Part shown: positions 47,845-58,359 of the stretch, in pieces
Layout of the letters: every line of letters starts with the position of its first letter
Position numbering within the stretch: the stretch's first letter is position 1
DNA from: an uncultured SAR86 cluster bacterium
GTDB taxonomy: Bacteria; Pseudomonadota; Gammaproteobacteria; Magnimaribacterales; AG-339-G14
Assembly (NCBI GenBank): GCA_949373255.1
Contig: CASICS010000008.1
Coordinates: forward strand, 63,591 to 127,590
Length of the DNA: 64,000 nucleotides
Reading direction: 5' to 3'
Program-made: the position numbers and the translations under genes
Notes under the pieces: model-generated
Told to the model about the DNA's origin: nothing
The model's input: the letters and a program-made list of their open reading frames with translations, nothing else
The model's database searches: none

Positions 47845-49094
47845 CCGATATCTGATCTAAAAAAGCATCCATCCCAATTAATATTACCTGTAGCTTTGTA
47901 AGCCGTATCTATGGCTTGAGATAAATCTTCACCTAAGGCAGTTACGCAAAGCACTCTTCCGCCATTACTTTTTAAAAGACCTTTGTCTTGTATTGTCCCA
48001 CAATGAAATACTTTAAGACTCTCTTTCTCTTTAGGGATGCCCTTGATTTCGGAACCTTTGGCATAAGATTCAGGATATCCACTGGAAGCCATAACTACTC
48101 CAATAGAGCTTCTTTTATCCCAATCTATTTCAAAATCTTTTAAGTTATATTCACAAGCTCTTAAACAAAGATCAGCAAAGTCACTATTCATTCGCATTAA
48201 AATGGGCTGCGTTTCTGGATCACCAAATCTGCAATTATACTCAAGAACTTTAATTTCATTGCCGTCTATCATCAACCCTGCATATAAGAATCCTTTATAT
48301 TCAATGCCTCTTTTTTTGAGTTCGCTAAGAGTAGGAGCAATAATATTTTCCATAACTTCTTTATGCATTGCTTCAGTCACTAAAGGTGTGGGCGAGTAGG
48401 CTCCCATGCCACCAGTATTAGGGCCTTTGTCACCATCATCTCGTTGTTTATGATCTTGAGAAGTTGCAAAAGGAACAACATTTTTTCCATCGGTTAAAAC
48501 AATAAAGCTAGCTTCATGGCCTGTAAGAAAATCTTCAATAACTATTGATTTACCTGCGTCTCCGACTTTTTTATTTTTCATAATAGAGTTTATTGCATTT
48601 TCTGCAGTCTGCTTGTCATGAGCAACTACTACTCCTTTGCCTGCAGCCAAGCCATCTGCCTTAACTACTATTGGAGCCTCTATATTATTTAAATATTCTA
48701 AAGCTAATTCTGGATCATTAAAAACTTGATAACCGGCAGTAGGAACTCCTGCGCTTACTAATATTTCTTTCATAAAAGTCTTAGAACCTTCAAGTTGTGC
48801 AGCCAATGAATTAGGTCCTAGGCAAAGCAATCCATGCTCTTCAAATTTGTCTACAATTCCATGCACCAAAGGATCTTCGGGGCCAACAACAGTTAGTTTT
48901 ATTTTTTCATTCTGAGCAAAATTAATTAGACCTTTGATGTCGTCTGATGAAATTGAAATATTTTCTATTTTTTCTTCTAAAGCCGTACCTGCATTTCCAG
49001 GAGCAACAAAAACTTTTGTTGATAAAGGGCTTTGAGCAAGTTTCCAGGCTAATGCATGCTCTCTTCCTCCAGAACCAATTACTAATATTTTCAT
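47814..49094 (-). CDS. purD: Phosphoribosylamine-glycine ligase
   Basis: 426 aa; MKILVIGSGGREHALAWKL, ATP-grasp core, GGRVL. Confidence 0.95.
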   Translation of the reverse strand: MKILVIGSGGREHALAWKLAQSPLSTKVFVAPGNAGTALEEKIENISISSDDIKGLINFAQNEKIKLTVVGPEDPLVHGIVDKFEEHGLLCLGPNSLAAQLEGSKTFMKEILVSAGVPTAGYQVFNDPELALEYLNNIEAPIVVKADGLAAGKGVVVAHDKQTAENAINSIMKNKKVGDAGKSIVIEDFLTGHEASFIVLTDGKNVVPFATSQDHKQRDDGDKGPNTGGMGAYSPTPLVTEAMHKEVMENIIAPTLSELKKRGIEYKGFLYAGLMIDGNEIKVLEYNCRFGDPETQPILMRMNSDFADLCLRACEYNLKDFEIDWDKRSSIGVVMASSGYPESYAKGSEIKGIPKEKESLKVFHCGTIQDKGLLKSNGGRVLCVTALGEDLSQAIDTAYKATGNINWDGCFFRSDIGQRDISSNKS

Positions 49095-49096
49095 CT

Positions 49097-50656
49097 CTAA
49101 TGACGGAAATGCCTCATTCCAGTAAATATCATAATCATATTTGCTTCATTAGCCGCTTGAATAACTTCATCATCTCGAATAGATCCACCAGGTTGAATTA
49201 TGCAAGAAATTCCATTTTTTGCAGCCTCATCAATACTATCCCTAAAAGGAAAAAACGCATCAGATGCCATACAAGCTCCTTCCAAAGAAAAGCCAGCTTT
49301 AGTAGCTTTTTTTACTGCAATTTCAGCACTATCAATTCTGCTCATTTGACCGGCACCAATACCTAAAGTTTGACTGTTATTAGCGTAAATAATTGCATTT
49401 GATTTCACGTATTTACAGACTTTCCATGCAAATAATGAATTATTAATTTCTATTGAGCTTGCTTGTTTTTCCGTTACTACTTTTAGATCACTTGCTGTAA
49501 TCGAACCCATATCAATACTCTGTAATAAAAGACCACTATTCACAGTATGAAGTTTTACTCCAGAAGATAATGTTCTTAAGTTATCCACCCTTAGGACTCT
49601 TATATTTTTTTTTAAAGCTAAAACTTCAAGCGCTTTATCAGAATAATTGGGGGCAGCAATAACTTCTATAAACTGATTATCAATCATAAAAGACGCAGTT
49701 GATTCGTCAACATCGGTATTGAAGGAAATAATCCCGCCAAATGCAGAAGTTGGATCGCAGGCAAACGCTTTTTTATAGGCTTCCATAGGTGAAGAGGAAC
49801 TAGCAACTCCGCAAGGGTTTGCATGCTTAACAATTACACATGTAGGCTTATCAAAGTTACTCACGCACTCTATAGCTGCATCTGTATCAGCTATATTATT
49901 ATAAGAAAGCTCTTTTCCTTGAAGTTGAACAGAAGATGCAATACCAGCTACCTCTTTTTTCAATTCTTTATAAAAAGCAGCTTCTTGGTGAGGATTTTCT
50001 CCATATCTTAAAGACTCTGTCTTTTGATATTTTCCAAAGAGAGAGTCAGGAAAGTCGCTATTGGAATTATTTGAAAGATAATTTGAAATTGCTAGATCAT
50101 ACTTTGTTATTAATTCAAATGCTTCGGAAGCAAGATCCAATCTAGTTTGGAAAGAGCATTCTTTTGTTTCTAGCAACTCTTTAGTAAATTTTGTATAGGA
50201 ATTTGGAGAAGAAATCACAGCTACATGATGAAAGTTTTTAGCTGCTGCTCTGATCATCGTTGGACCACCTATATCAATATTTTCTATTGCTTCATCTAAT
50301 GAAACGTCCTCTTTCTTGATAGTTTCCTCAAATGGATAAAGATTGACCACAACAAGATCAATTTCTTGAATATTATTCTTTTCAACTTCTTCTAAATCCA
50401 ATTCTCTTCTAGATAAAATACCTCCGTGAACCTTGGGGTGTAAAGTCTTTACTCGTCCTTGCATCATCTCAGGAGATCCTGAAAATTCACTAATGTCTTT
50501 AGCTGTTATACCCCCTTCAGAGAGAGCTTTTAAAGTCCCGCCAGTAGAGATTATTTCTATTTTTAATTCTTCAAGTACCTTTGCAAGATCTAACAAACCG
50601 GTTTTATCTGAAACACTTAGTAATGCTCTTTTAATTTTTATAGATTTATCATTCAT
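49097..50656 (-). CDS. purH: Bifunctional AICAR transformylase/IMP cyclohydrolase
   Basis: 519 aa; ALLSVSDKTGL, KTLHPKVHGGIL, GAGQMSRIDS, C-terminal MRHFRH. Confidence 0.95.
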   Translation of the reverse strand: MNDKSIKIKRALLSVSDKTGLLDLAKVLEELKIEIISTGGTLKALSEGGITAKDISEFSGSPEMMQGRVKTLHPKVHGGILSRRELDLEEVEKNNIQEIDLVVVNLYPFEETIKKEDVSLDEAIENIDIGGPTMIRAAAKNFHHVAVISSPNSYTKFTKELLETKECSFQTRLDLASEAFELITKYDLAISNYLSNNSNSDFPDSLFGKYQKTESLRYGENPHQEAAFYKELKKEVAGIASSVQLQGKELSYNNIADTDAAIECVSNFDKPTCVIVKHANPCGVASSSSPMEAYKKAFACDPTSAFGGIISFNTDVDESTASFMIDNQFIEVIAAPNYSDKALEVLALKKNIRVLRVDNLRTLSSGVKLHTVNSGLLLQSIDMGSITASDLKVVTEKQASSIEINNSLFAWKVCKYVKSNAIIYANNSQTLGIGAGQMSRIDSAEIAVKKATKAGFSLEGACMASDAFFPFRDSIDEAAKNGISCIIQPGGSIRDDEVIQAANEANMIMIFTGMRHFRH

Positions 50657-50659
50657 AAG

Positions 50660-50905
50660 TTAAATAAGTTTGTATTGTTTTAATTTCGTCCTTAACGTTC
50701 CTCTATTAATCCCAAGAACCTTGCAAGCTTCTGATTGGTTTCCATTACAATGCCTCATCACTTCTTTGAGCATAGGAGCCTCAACTTCAGTTAAGACCAT
50801 TTTGTAAACATCTGAAGCCTTATTCCCATCTAGTTCTTTGAAGTACCTGCGTAAAGCAATTCCGACTTGGTATTTTAAAGTTTTTTTCTCCTCATTGCTT
50901 ACCAT
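50660..50905 (-). CDS. fis: DNA-binding protein Fis
   Basis: 81 aa; C-terminal HTH GNQSEACKVLGINRGTLRTKLKQY. Directly upstream of purH. Confidence 0.85.
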   Translation of the reverse strand: MVSNEEKKTLKYQVGIALRRYFKELDGNKASDVYKMVLTEVEAPMLKEVMRHCNGNQSEACKVLGINRGTLRTKLKQYKLI

Positions 50906-50909
50906 TTTT

Positions 50910-51464
50910 TTAATTAACTATCGTTTGTAATTGTGTTCCTAAATTTATCAATTTAATTTCTTCATTCCTTTTTTCGAGTTTTGTTATTGAGCAATTATCA
51001 GGATAAAAACTAACAATTTTTTTACTTTTAGAAAGATGACTAACTATTATATTGATAACCATAAAGTGCGAAAAAATAATAGTCGGCTTAGAGATTTTAT
51101 CTAACTCATTAATGATTTCTTTATACCAATTATTCTGAGGAGAGTCTAAATCTGTCAAATTTTTATCAAAGATAGCCTGTAACCAAGTTTTTCTTTCTTT
51201 AAGATTAATTCCAGGAGAGGGAATTTCAGCAAATAATGACTTAGTTATTATGCTTTTACCTAATTTATCAGATAAAGGCTTTCCAGTTTCCATAGCCCTC
51301 GATAAAGGGCTAGAGATCAATTCAAAAGAGTCTATATTATTTAGTTTTAATAAAAGATTTGCGCATTCTTCCGCTTGATTTTTTCCAAGATCGCTTAACC
51401 CCGGATCTGTTGATTCTTCCCAAGATGCAGACGCTTCTCCATGCCTTATTAAAATAATTTCCAT
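50910..51464 (-). CDS. Histidine phosphatase superfamily protein
   Basis: 184 aa; IILIRHGEA RHG motif, later SPLSRA and a His-containing segment. Confidence 0.7.
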   Translation of the reverse strand: MEIILIRHGEASASWEESTDPGLSDLGKNQAEECANLLLKLNNIDSFELISSPLSRAMETGKPLSDKLGKSIITKSLFAEIPSPGINLKERKTWLQAIFDKNLTDLDSPQNNWYKEIINELDKISKPTIIFSHFMVINIIVSHLSKSKKIVSFYPDNCSITKLEKRNEEIKLINLGTQLQTIVN

Positions 51465-51508
51465 TAGTTATGTAATTTTTATATTTAATTTAATGTACGA
51501 TTTACTTT

Positions 51509-52216
51509 ATGAGGATACCACGAATATTTTACCCATTTGAGCTTGAATCAAATTCAGAAATTGAATTAGATCTCGCGAGTTCTAATCATCTAAAAGTAAT
51601 AAAAATTAAATCTAATCAGGTTTTAGAAATTTTTAATGGAAGAGGTTTTTTTTGTGAGGCCGTTGTATTGAAAATAGATAAAAAAATTATCACTCTTCAG
51701 TTAGGTTCAAATATTAATTTTGTTAAAAAAGATACTTTGCAAATAAATATGGCAATTGCAGAAATTAAAAATTTTGACAAAATTATAAGAGAAGCATGTC
51801 AATTAGGAGTGACGACAATTTGTTGCATACAAACATCAAGAACAAAATTTACAAAAATGCCAAGTTCGCAAAAACTTTCTAGATGGGAAACAGTTGCCAT
51901 AAACTCATGCGAGCAATGTGGACTGAACTGGAAACCAAAAATTTTAGTTATTTCAATCGAAGAATGGATTAAAGCTTCAGAATCTAAAAATAAGTTAGTC
52001 CTTAACCCTCAAAGCCCAATTACATTGAGTGACGTTAAGCAATCACAATCATTTGATTTGGCGATTGGTCCAGAGGGAGGGTTTTCTAGTGATGAGATAG
52101 ATTTATTTCAATCCAATAACTTTCAAAGCGTATCGTGTGGCAACCTAATATTTAAAACAGAAACAATGCCTATAGTAGTATTATCGATGGTCAAGGCATT
52201 ATTTGGAGATATATAG
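51509..52216 (+). CDS. rsmE: 16S rRNA (uracil1498-N3)-methyltransferase RsmE
   Basis: 235 aa; MRIPRIFYP start; C-terminal IGPEGGFSSDEI SPOUT motif. Confidence 0.85.
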   Translation: MRIPRIFYPFELESNSEIELDLASSNHLKVIKIKSNQVLEIFNGRGFFCEAVVLKIDKKIITLQLGSNINFVKKDTLQINMAIAEIKNFDKIIREACQLGVTTICCIQTSRTKFTKMPSSQKLSRWETVAINSCEQCGLNWKPKILVISIEEWIKASESKNKLVLNPQSPITLSDVKQSQSFDLAIGPEGGFSSDEIDLFQSNNFQSVSCGNLIFKTETMPIVVLSMVKALFGDI

Positions 52217-52219
52217 AAT

Positions 52220-53161
52220 ATGAAAATCGCAGTTGTGATGGATCCTATTTCGGAAATAAAATATAAAAAAGACTCTACTTTGCTATTACTAAACGAAGCT
52301 CAAAAAAGAAATCATCAGCTGTTTTATATTGAGCCCCAAGATTTATTTTTGAAAGGCGATGTTCCAAGTGCAATTTGTAGTGATATTTCAGTAAAAATGA
52401 ACTCTCAAGACTGGTTCGCTCTTAAAAACGAAAGAGAAATTGCTTTGAAAGATATGGATGCTATTTTAATGAGACAAGATCCACCGTTTGATATGGAGTA
52501 CGTAGTTAATACCTATATTTTAGAAGCTGCCGAAAAAGAAGGGGTTCATATAATAAATAAACCCTCAACATTGAGAAGCTTTAATGAAAAAATTTCAATT
52601 TTAGAATATTTAGAATTTTGTACAGAGACCTTAGTTTCTTGCAATAAAAATGTAATAACTAATTTTATAGAAAAAAATAAAAAAGTTGTAATGAAGCCTT
52701 TAAATTTGATGGGAGGGCAGGGCGTTATAAAACTGGATAGTAAGGATAAAACCTTACAAGAAAATATATCAAATGCTACAAACAATCATAAAGAAAAAGT
52801 CATGATTCAAGCCTTTATAGATAAAGTTTATGAGGGCGATAGAAGAATTTTAATTATTAATGGAACACCTTCTGAATTCGCAGTTGTAAGAACTCCATCA
52901 GATGGTGAATTTAGAGGAAATTTAGCAGCAGGAGGAATTGCAACTACAGAAATTTTGAATGATCGTGACAAAGTTATAGCAAAAAGTTTGAGTCCTGATT
53001 TGATCAAAAGAGGAGTATCAATAGCTGGCATAGATATAGTTGGAGGCTATTTAACTGAAATCAATATAACTTGCCCTACGTGTTTTAGAGAACTGCAAGA
53101 CCAACAAGGAATTAATTTAGCTTCCAATTTTTTTGATTATGTTGAAAGCCTAAAGAGATGA
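52220..53161 (+). CDS. gshB: Glutathione synthetase
   Basis: 313 aa; MKIAVVMDPISEIKYKKDSTLLLLNEAQKR is collinear with E. coli GshB; ATP-grasp C-terminus (GDRRILIING, EINIT). Confidence 0.9.
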   Translation: MKIAVVMDPISEIKYKKDSTLLLLNEAQKRNHQLFYIEPQDLFLKGDVPSAICSDISVKMNSQDWFALKNEREIALKDMDAILMRQDPPFDMEYVVNTYILEAAEKEGVHIINKPSTLRSFNEKISILEYLEFCTETLVSCNKNVITNFIEKNKKVVMKPLNLMGGQGVIKLDSKDKTLQENISNATNNHKEKVMIQAFIDKVYEGDRRILIINGTPSEFAVVRTPSDGEFRGNLAAGGIATTEILNDRDKVIAKSLSPDLIKRGVSIAGIDIVGGYLTEINITCPTCFRELQDQQGINLASNFFDYVESLKR

Positions 53162-53709
53162 GTTTTAGATTTAGTTTATTTTTATCAATTTCTATTGCTT
53201 TGCATTTGTTTGCGATTATTTTTGTTTCTTTCGTTACCGAAAAAAAGGATTTGGATAATAAGTATATACAGAGCATTAATCTTGAATTTTCAAATTTTCA
53301 AAGGTTTGATCAAGAAATTGATCCTGTTATGACCCTTCAAGAAAAAAATTATGGTGCAAGGAATAAATATTCAAAAAAACTAGATACCAGAAATCTTACA
53401 CCTTCAGTTGCTGGAAGCTACGTGAGCTCTTGGCAAAGAAAAGTAGAAACCATTGGAAATTTAAATTATCCAAGTTTTTTAAAAAAAAGAGAGATCAACT
53501 CTAAATTAACTTTATCAGTGACTATAGGAAATGATGGTTCTTTATTAGACTACGCCTTAATAAAGTCTTCAGGCGATAACCAATTAGATAGCGCTGCAAT
53601 TCAAATAATAGAATTAGCCTTTCCTTTTAAAAATTTTCCAGAAGAAATGGTAAATTTTTCAGAGATTACAATTATCAGAGATTGGCAATTTGGAAATCGG
53701 GATAGTTAG
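53158..53709 (+). CDS. TonB C-terminal-domain protein (short, no Pro-rich spacer)
   Basis: 183 aa; N-terminal TM helix and a C-terminal TonB-like fold (YPSFLKKREINSKLTLSVTIGNDGSL...SSGDNQLDSAAIQII). Position after gshB as I recall for Pseudomonas. Confidence 0.6.
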   Translation: MSFRFSLFLSISIALHLFAIIFVSFVTEKKDLDNKYIQSINLEFSNFQRFDQEIDPVMTLQEKNYGARNKYSKKLDTRNLTPSVAGSYVSSWQRKVETIGNLNYPSFLKKREINSKLTLSVTIGNDGSLLDYALIKSSGDNQLDSAAIQIIELAFPFKNFPEEMVNFSEITIIRDWQFGNRDS

Positions 53710-53710
53710 A

Positions 53711-54121
53711 ATGCAAATTTTAGGAATAGATTATGGAAGAAAAAATGTAGGATTTGCAATTGGAAGTAGCATTATAGGAAATTCTTCAACTTTTTTTTCT
53801 AAATCTTATAAAAATAAAAACGAACTAATCATTCTCATAGAGAACCTCATAGAAGAATGGGGTATCGATTCATTAGTTATTGGATTGCCTCTCAATATGG
53901 ATGACAGTGAGAGTGAAATGAGCACAGAGGTAAGGAAATTTTCTGAATTGCTAAAGGGTAGATTTAATATAAAGGTTGATTTAGTAGATGAAAGATTGAC
54001 TACTATTGAAGCTAAATCTATCTTGAAAGAACAAAATAAAAAAACAGATTACATAATTAACGAAAACCATGGATTGGCTGCGAAGTTAATTGTAGACTCA
54101 TTTCTAAGAGAAAATATATAA
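53711..54121 (+). CDS. ruvX: Holliday junction resolvase-like nuclease RuvX/YqgF
   Basis: 136 aa from ATG 53711 (MQILGIDYGRKNVGFAIG...), ...GLPLNMDDSES..., DERLTT. The ORF-track start at 53690 overlaps the upstream gene. Confidence 0.85.
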   Translation: MQILGIDYGRKNVGFAIGSSIIGNSSTFFSKSYKNKNELIILIENLIEEWGIDSLVIGLPLNMDDSESEMSTEVRKFSELLKGRFNIKVDLVDERLTTIEAKSILKEQNKKTDYIINENHGLAAKLIVDSFLRENI

Positions 54122-54125
54122 GTTT

Positions 54126-55892
54126 ATGGCAGGATTTATTCCAGATGAATTCATTCAAAGAATTTTAGACGAGACGGATGTTGTTTCGCTGATAGATTCA
54201 TTTGTGCCACTAAAGAAAAAAGGAAAAGATCACTGGGCGCAATGTCCTTTTTGCGATGATGGAAGCAACCCTTCTTTTAGTGTGAGTCAACAAAAGCAAT
54301 TTTATTACTGTTTCAGATGTAGGGCTTCAGGAAATGTCATAGGTTTTTTAATGAATTTTCAATCTAGAGATTTTCAAGGAGCAATAGAAATTCTAGCTAG
54401 CAATGCTGGTCTAGAAATCCCAACCCAAGGTCAGGATAAATCTTATGAAAAAAATAAAAAACTATATGAAATCAATTTACATGCAGCTGAATTTTACGTT
54501 AACAACTTAAAGAATCATCCAGATGCTGACTCCATAAGAACTTATTTATCTGAAAGAGGAATTTCTGAAGATATATGTGAGACTTTTCAAATAGGATTTG
54601 CACCAAAAGGCTGGGATAACTTATTAAATCATTTCAATGAAATTCTGCCTGAAGAATTAAAAGAAGAAGATGCAGGATTGTTCAAAACAAGTGAAAAAAA
54701 CAATAAACGTTATGACACTTACAGGAATAGAATTATGTTCCCTATAAAATCAAAACGAAATCAAATTATTGGATTTGGAGCAAGAATAATAGATCCAGAA
54801 GACAATCCAAAGTATTTAAATTCTGCAGAATCAGACATTTTTAAAAAGGGAAGAGAGCTTTATGGTCTGAATGAAATTTTAAACAGCAAACATAAACCGA
54901 ATAAAATTATTGCAGTTGAAGGCTATACTGACGTTCTTTCGCTATTTTCCAATAATATTAATTACGCTGTAGCGACACTCGGCATCGCAACAAGTAAGTA
55001 TCATTTGGAAAAGATTTTTAATCATGTGGATGAGGTTATTTTTTGTTTTGATGGAGACGAAGCAGGAGTAAAAGCTGCAGAATCAGCACTAGGTATTTGT
55101 CTTCCTATCTTGAGAGATGGAAAAAAAATGAAATTCTTATTCCTACCTGAGGACGAAGATCCATCCAGTTTGCTGGAAAAAGAAGGTAAAGATGATTTTG
55201 AAAAAAGAATAGATACTGCAACGATATTATCTGAATATCTTTTTGATATGGTCTTAAAAAAACACGATGATTCTCTTGAGTCAAAAGCTGCTGCTTCTCA
55301 AGAGTTCATGAATACTGTGAGAGTTATGCCGCCCAGCAATTTCAAGAATATATTGATTCAAGAATTTTCTAATAAAATTGGTATCAACCTAACTGATAAT
55401 TCGAAACCCAAACCAAAAGTTAGGGCTAATAATCAAAATCTCTTGATTTCAGAGGAAGTGAGGTTGGAGATGAATAAAGTAACAAAGAGCATTGTGAAAA
55501 CATTATTAGATAACCCAGATTTAGCAAAAATGTCAGAGCTAGATTTTTTTGCAGATGAGAATAGTTTTATGAAAGAATTTTTAGTATTTTTGAGAGGGAA
55601 AGAAAATTTAACTTTTCCTATGATCCTTCAAGCTTTTGAAGGAAAAAAGCAGTTCTTAATCGATTTAGCGGAAGATAGAAATTTAATAGCTATCGAAGAA
55701 GCAAAAGACTACATCTTGCAAGCTGTAGCGTACTTAAAAAAATCAAACAAAGTGGACTTGTTATCAGAACTAAAAAAACAATTGAGCGATAATACAATTT
55801 CTACAACAGACAAAATTGAGCTAAAAAAATTATTAATGAATAATTTCGATAACTTAGATGAATCAGAAATTATGATTCTAAAAGAGATATAA
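54126..55892 (+). CDS. dnaG: DNA primase
   Basis: 588 aa; zinc ribbon CPFCDDGSNPSFSVS...YYCFRC, RNRIMFPI, Toprim EGYTDV and DGDEAG. Confidence 0.95.
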   Translation: MAGFIPDEFIQRILDETDVVSLIDSFVPLKKKGKDHWAQCPFCDDGSNPSFSVSQQKQFYYCFRCRASGNVIGFLMNFQSRDFQGAIEILASNAGLEIPTQGQDKSYEKNKKLYEINLHAAEFYVNNLKNHPDADSIRTYLSERGISEDICETFQIGFAPKGWDNLLNHFNEILPEELKEEDAGLFKTSEKNNKRYDTYRNRIMFPIKSKRNQIIGFGARIIDPEDNPKYLNSAESDIFKKGRELYGLNEILNSKHKPNKIIAVEGYTDVLSLFSNNINYAVATLGIATSKYHLEKIFNHVDEVIFCFDGDEAGVKAAESALGICLPILRDGKKMKFLFLPEDEDPSSLLEKEGKDDFEKRIDTATILSEYLFDMVLKKHDDSLESKAAASQEFMNTVRVMPPSNFKNILIQEFSNKIGINLTDNSKPKPKVRANNQNLLISEEVRLEMNKVTKSIVKTLLDNPDLAKMSELDFFADENSFMKEFLVFLRGKENLTFPMILQAFEGKKQFLIDLAEDRNLIAIEEAKDYILQAVAYLKKSNKVDLLSELKKQLSDNTISTTDKIELKKLLMNNFDNLDESEIMILKEI

Positions 55893-55982
55893 ACTACTAA
55901 AACTACTAAAATTAGCCTCATTTTTTAATATGATTAGAACTCACAAAGATATATAATCCTTTTCCTTTTAAATAGAGCAAAT

Positions 55983-57767
55983 ATGTACGACGAAGATATT
56001 GAAAATAATGGCCTGAGAGAGTTAATCGAGAAAGGTCGAGAACAAGGATTTATAACCTATGCGGATATAAATGACTTTCTCCCTGATGATGTTTCCGATC
56101 CAGATCAACTAGATGAAGTAATCCAGATGGTTAATGATCTGGGTCTTCAGGTTTTAGAAAATGCTCCAGAAGAGGGTTCAGATTTCTTGGCTGCAGCAAA
56201 TCAACCAGCTCAACCAGCTATTACTGAAAATGAAATGGGCACAATTGAATCAGAAGTTGGAAGAACTACTGACCCAGTTAGGCTTTACATGAGAGAAATG
56301 GGTTCAGTCGATCTTCTCACAAGAGAAGGCGAAATTACGATTGCTAAAAGTATTGAAGAGGGTGCAAGAGATCTATTGCATGCTTGTGCTCATTTTCCTG
56401 GAATTATCGAAGAAGCACTTTTGGAATATGCTTTAATTAAAAAAGAAGATAAAAGAATGTCTGATCTTGTTGTGGGTTTCATGGATGAAGAAGAAGAAGT
56501 TCTGCCTGGTCCACAAGCAGGAGATAAAAAAGATGACGACGAAGAAGAGAATACTGGAATCGATTTAGAAGAATTGAACAAAAGATTTACCGCTCTTAAA
56601 AGACAATACAACAAATCAGAAAAAGTTTTAGCAACTAAAGGCAGAACAAGTGCCGAAGCCATAAAAGAACTCGATAAATTAGGTGAGGCTTTTAAATTCC
56701 TCAAGCTTTCTCCTAAAAAGTTTGAAGTTATTTCGTTAAAGCCTAGGCTTTTAGCTAGGCAGATAAGAACAGCCGAAAGAGAAATTTATAATCTTTGTGT
56801 GCAAAAAAGTAAAATGCCTAGAAAAGATTTTTTAGAAGCATTTAAAGATAATTCTACAAATCTTAAATTCTTAGACCCAATACTGAAAAGTAAAAAGAAT
56901 TACGTTGGCGAGTTAGTTGATTACAAAGATGACATAAAAGCGATTCAAAATAAAATTAAAAATCTTGAAAAGAATATTGGAATGTCAGCGATAGAGCTCA
57001 AAGAATTAGCTTCAAAAATGACTAAAGGCGAAACCAAAATTCGTCGAGCCAAAAAAGATATGATTGAAGCTAACTTAAGATTAGTAATATCAATCGCAAA
57101 AAAATATACAAACAGAGGTTTGCAATTTTTAGATTTGATACAAGAAGGTAATATCGGGTTAATGAAGGCCGTAGATAAATTTGAATACAGAAGAGGTTAT
57201 AAATTTTCTACCTATGCAACTTGGTGGATTAGACAAGCCATAACTAGATCCATTGCGGATCAAGCTAGGACTATTAGAATTCCTGTCCACATGATTGAAA
57301 CAATTAATAAACTTAATCGTATATCTAGACAAATGCTTCAAGAAAATGGCAGAGAACCTACGCCCGAAGAATTAAGCGTAAGAATGGAAATGCCTGAAGA
57401 CAAAGTCAGAAAGGTGCTAAAAATCGCTAAAGAGCCGATATCTACTGAAACTCCAATTGGAGATGAAGACGATACAACTCTTGGTGATTTCATTGAGGAT
57501 CCATTACTAGATTCGCCAATAGATTCAGCTACGGAATCAAATCTAATAGAAGCAACTGGCGGAGTTTTAGGTAGTTTGACTGCCCGAGAAGCAAAAGTAT
57601 TAAGAATGCGTTTTGGTATTGGTATGAATACAGATCATACTTTAGAAGAAGTCGGGAAGCAGTTTGATGTGACTCGTGAAAGAATTAGACAAATTGAAGC
57701 CAAAGCATTAAGAAAACTTAGACATCCGTCAAGATCAGGCCACTTAAAAGGCTTCTTGGACGAGTAA
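55983..57767 (+). CDS. rpoD: RNA polymerase primary sigma factor RpoD
   Basis: 594 aa; region 2 [16 protein letters not shown], region 4 [32 protein letters not shown], acidic non-conserved insert. Confidence 0.97.
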   Translation: MYDEDIENNGLRELIEKGREQGFITYADINDFLPDDVSDPDQLDEVIQMVNDLGLQVLENAPEEGSDFLAAANQPAQPAITENEMGTIESEVGRTTDPVRLYMREMGSVDLLTREGEITIAKSIEEGARDLLHACAHFPGIIEEALLEYALIKKEDKRMSDLVVGFMDEEEEVLPGPQAGDKKDDDEEENTGIDLEELNKRFTALKRQYNKSEKVLATKGRTSAEAIKELDKLGEAFKFLKLSPKKFEVISLKPRLLARQIRTAEREIYNLCVQKSKMPRKDFLEAFKDNSTNLKFLDPILKSKKNYVGELVDYKDDIKAIQNKIKNLEKNIGMSAIELKELASKMTKGETKIRRAKKDMIEANLRLVISIAKKYTNRGLQFLDLIQEGNIGLMKAVDKFEYRRGYKFSTYATWWIRQAITRSIADQARTIRIPVHMIETINKLNRISRQMLQENGREPTPEELSVRMEMPEDKVRKVLKIAKEPISTETPIGDEDDTTLGDFIEDPLLDSPIDSATESNLIEATGGVLGSLTAREAKVLRMRFGIGMNTDHTLEEVGKQFDVTRERIRQIEAKALRKLRHPSRSGHLKGFLDE

Positions 57768-57775
57768 TTCTAAAA

Positions 57776-57852
<77 letters not shown>

Positions 57853-57935
57853 CTTTTAAACTATTAAAAAGCAAATTAAATAATCCATATAACTGAATGA
57901 TTCATATTAATAAGTCTCTTAGAAGAAAAAATTAG

Positions 57936-57955
57936 TTATCATCAATTAATGATAA
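57936..57955. promoter_or_regulatory. Inverted repeat TTATCAT-N6-ATGATAA overlapping the start codon of the next gene
   Basis: Read directly from the sequence; the right arm begins with the ATG at 57949. Confidence 0.3.
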
Positions 57956-58350
57956 ATGCTCAAGAATTAATTATTCTTATTTCTGGAATAATTTCAGGAA
58001 TTATAATATTCCAAACTGCTATTGTTGCGCCTTCGATTTTTAAGTCATTGGATTCAAGTCAAGCTAGTCCATTTTTAAGAACAATCTTCCCCAAACTATT
58101 TAGAGTTGTCGCTGTGTTAGGCGCAATTGCTTTAGTCATTATTTTTGTCTTTGAAATAGGTTCAATTTCTAAATATTTAATATTTACCGCTTCTCTTGGT
58201 CTTCCATTGATTTGCGGAGCAATTGTTCCAGCAACAAACGCAGCTAGAGATTCTGGTAATGACAAAAATTTTAAAATTTTACACACCATAAGCGTCTTAT
58301 TAACTATGCTGGTGCTTATATTAAACTTAACTTGGATATTTTTTATTTAG
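57949..58350 (+). CDS. Small 4-TM membrane protein (possibly DUF4149/TMEM205-like)
   Basis: 133 aa with four hydrophobic segments; FKILHTISVLL near the last helix. Family assignment is from memory only. Confidence 0.5.
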   Translation: MINAQELIILISGIISGIIIFQTAIVAPSIFKSLDSSQASPFLRTIFPKLFRVVAVLGAIALVIIFVFEIGSISKYLIFTASLGLPLICGAIVPATNAARDSGNDKNFKILHTISVLLTMLVLILNLTWIFFI

Positions 58351-58359
58351 ACTCCTGCT

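Noticed and set aside
48947-49366. 139-aa plus-strand ORF spanning the purD/purH junction
   Set aside because: It is antisense to two highly conserved purine genes, with no motifs. The same reasoning applies to the other 60-125-aa antisense ORFs in the track: 7769, 10059, 10661, 11938, 13916, 15072, 16563, 17064, 20657, 21059, 30641, 42285, 42771, 45111, 46252, 48202, 49823, 49936, 50433, 52546, 52828, 55709, 56390, 57159, 58059, 60762, 61525 and 2169.
55893-55910. Tandem 9-mer ACTACTAAA x2 immediately after the dnaG stop
   Set aside because: There are only two copies of a short AT-rich unit. No structure or known motif is evident, and this is within chance expectation for slippage-type duplication.
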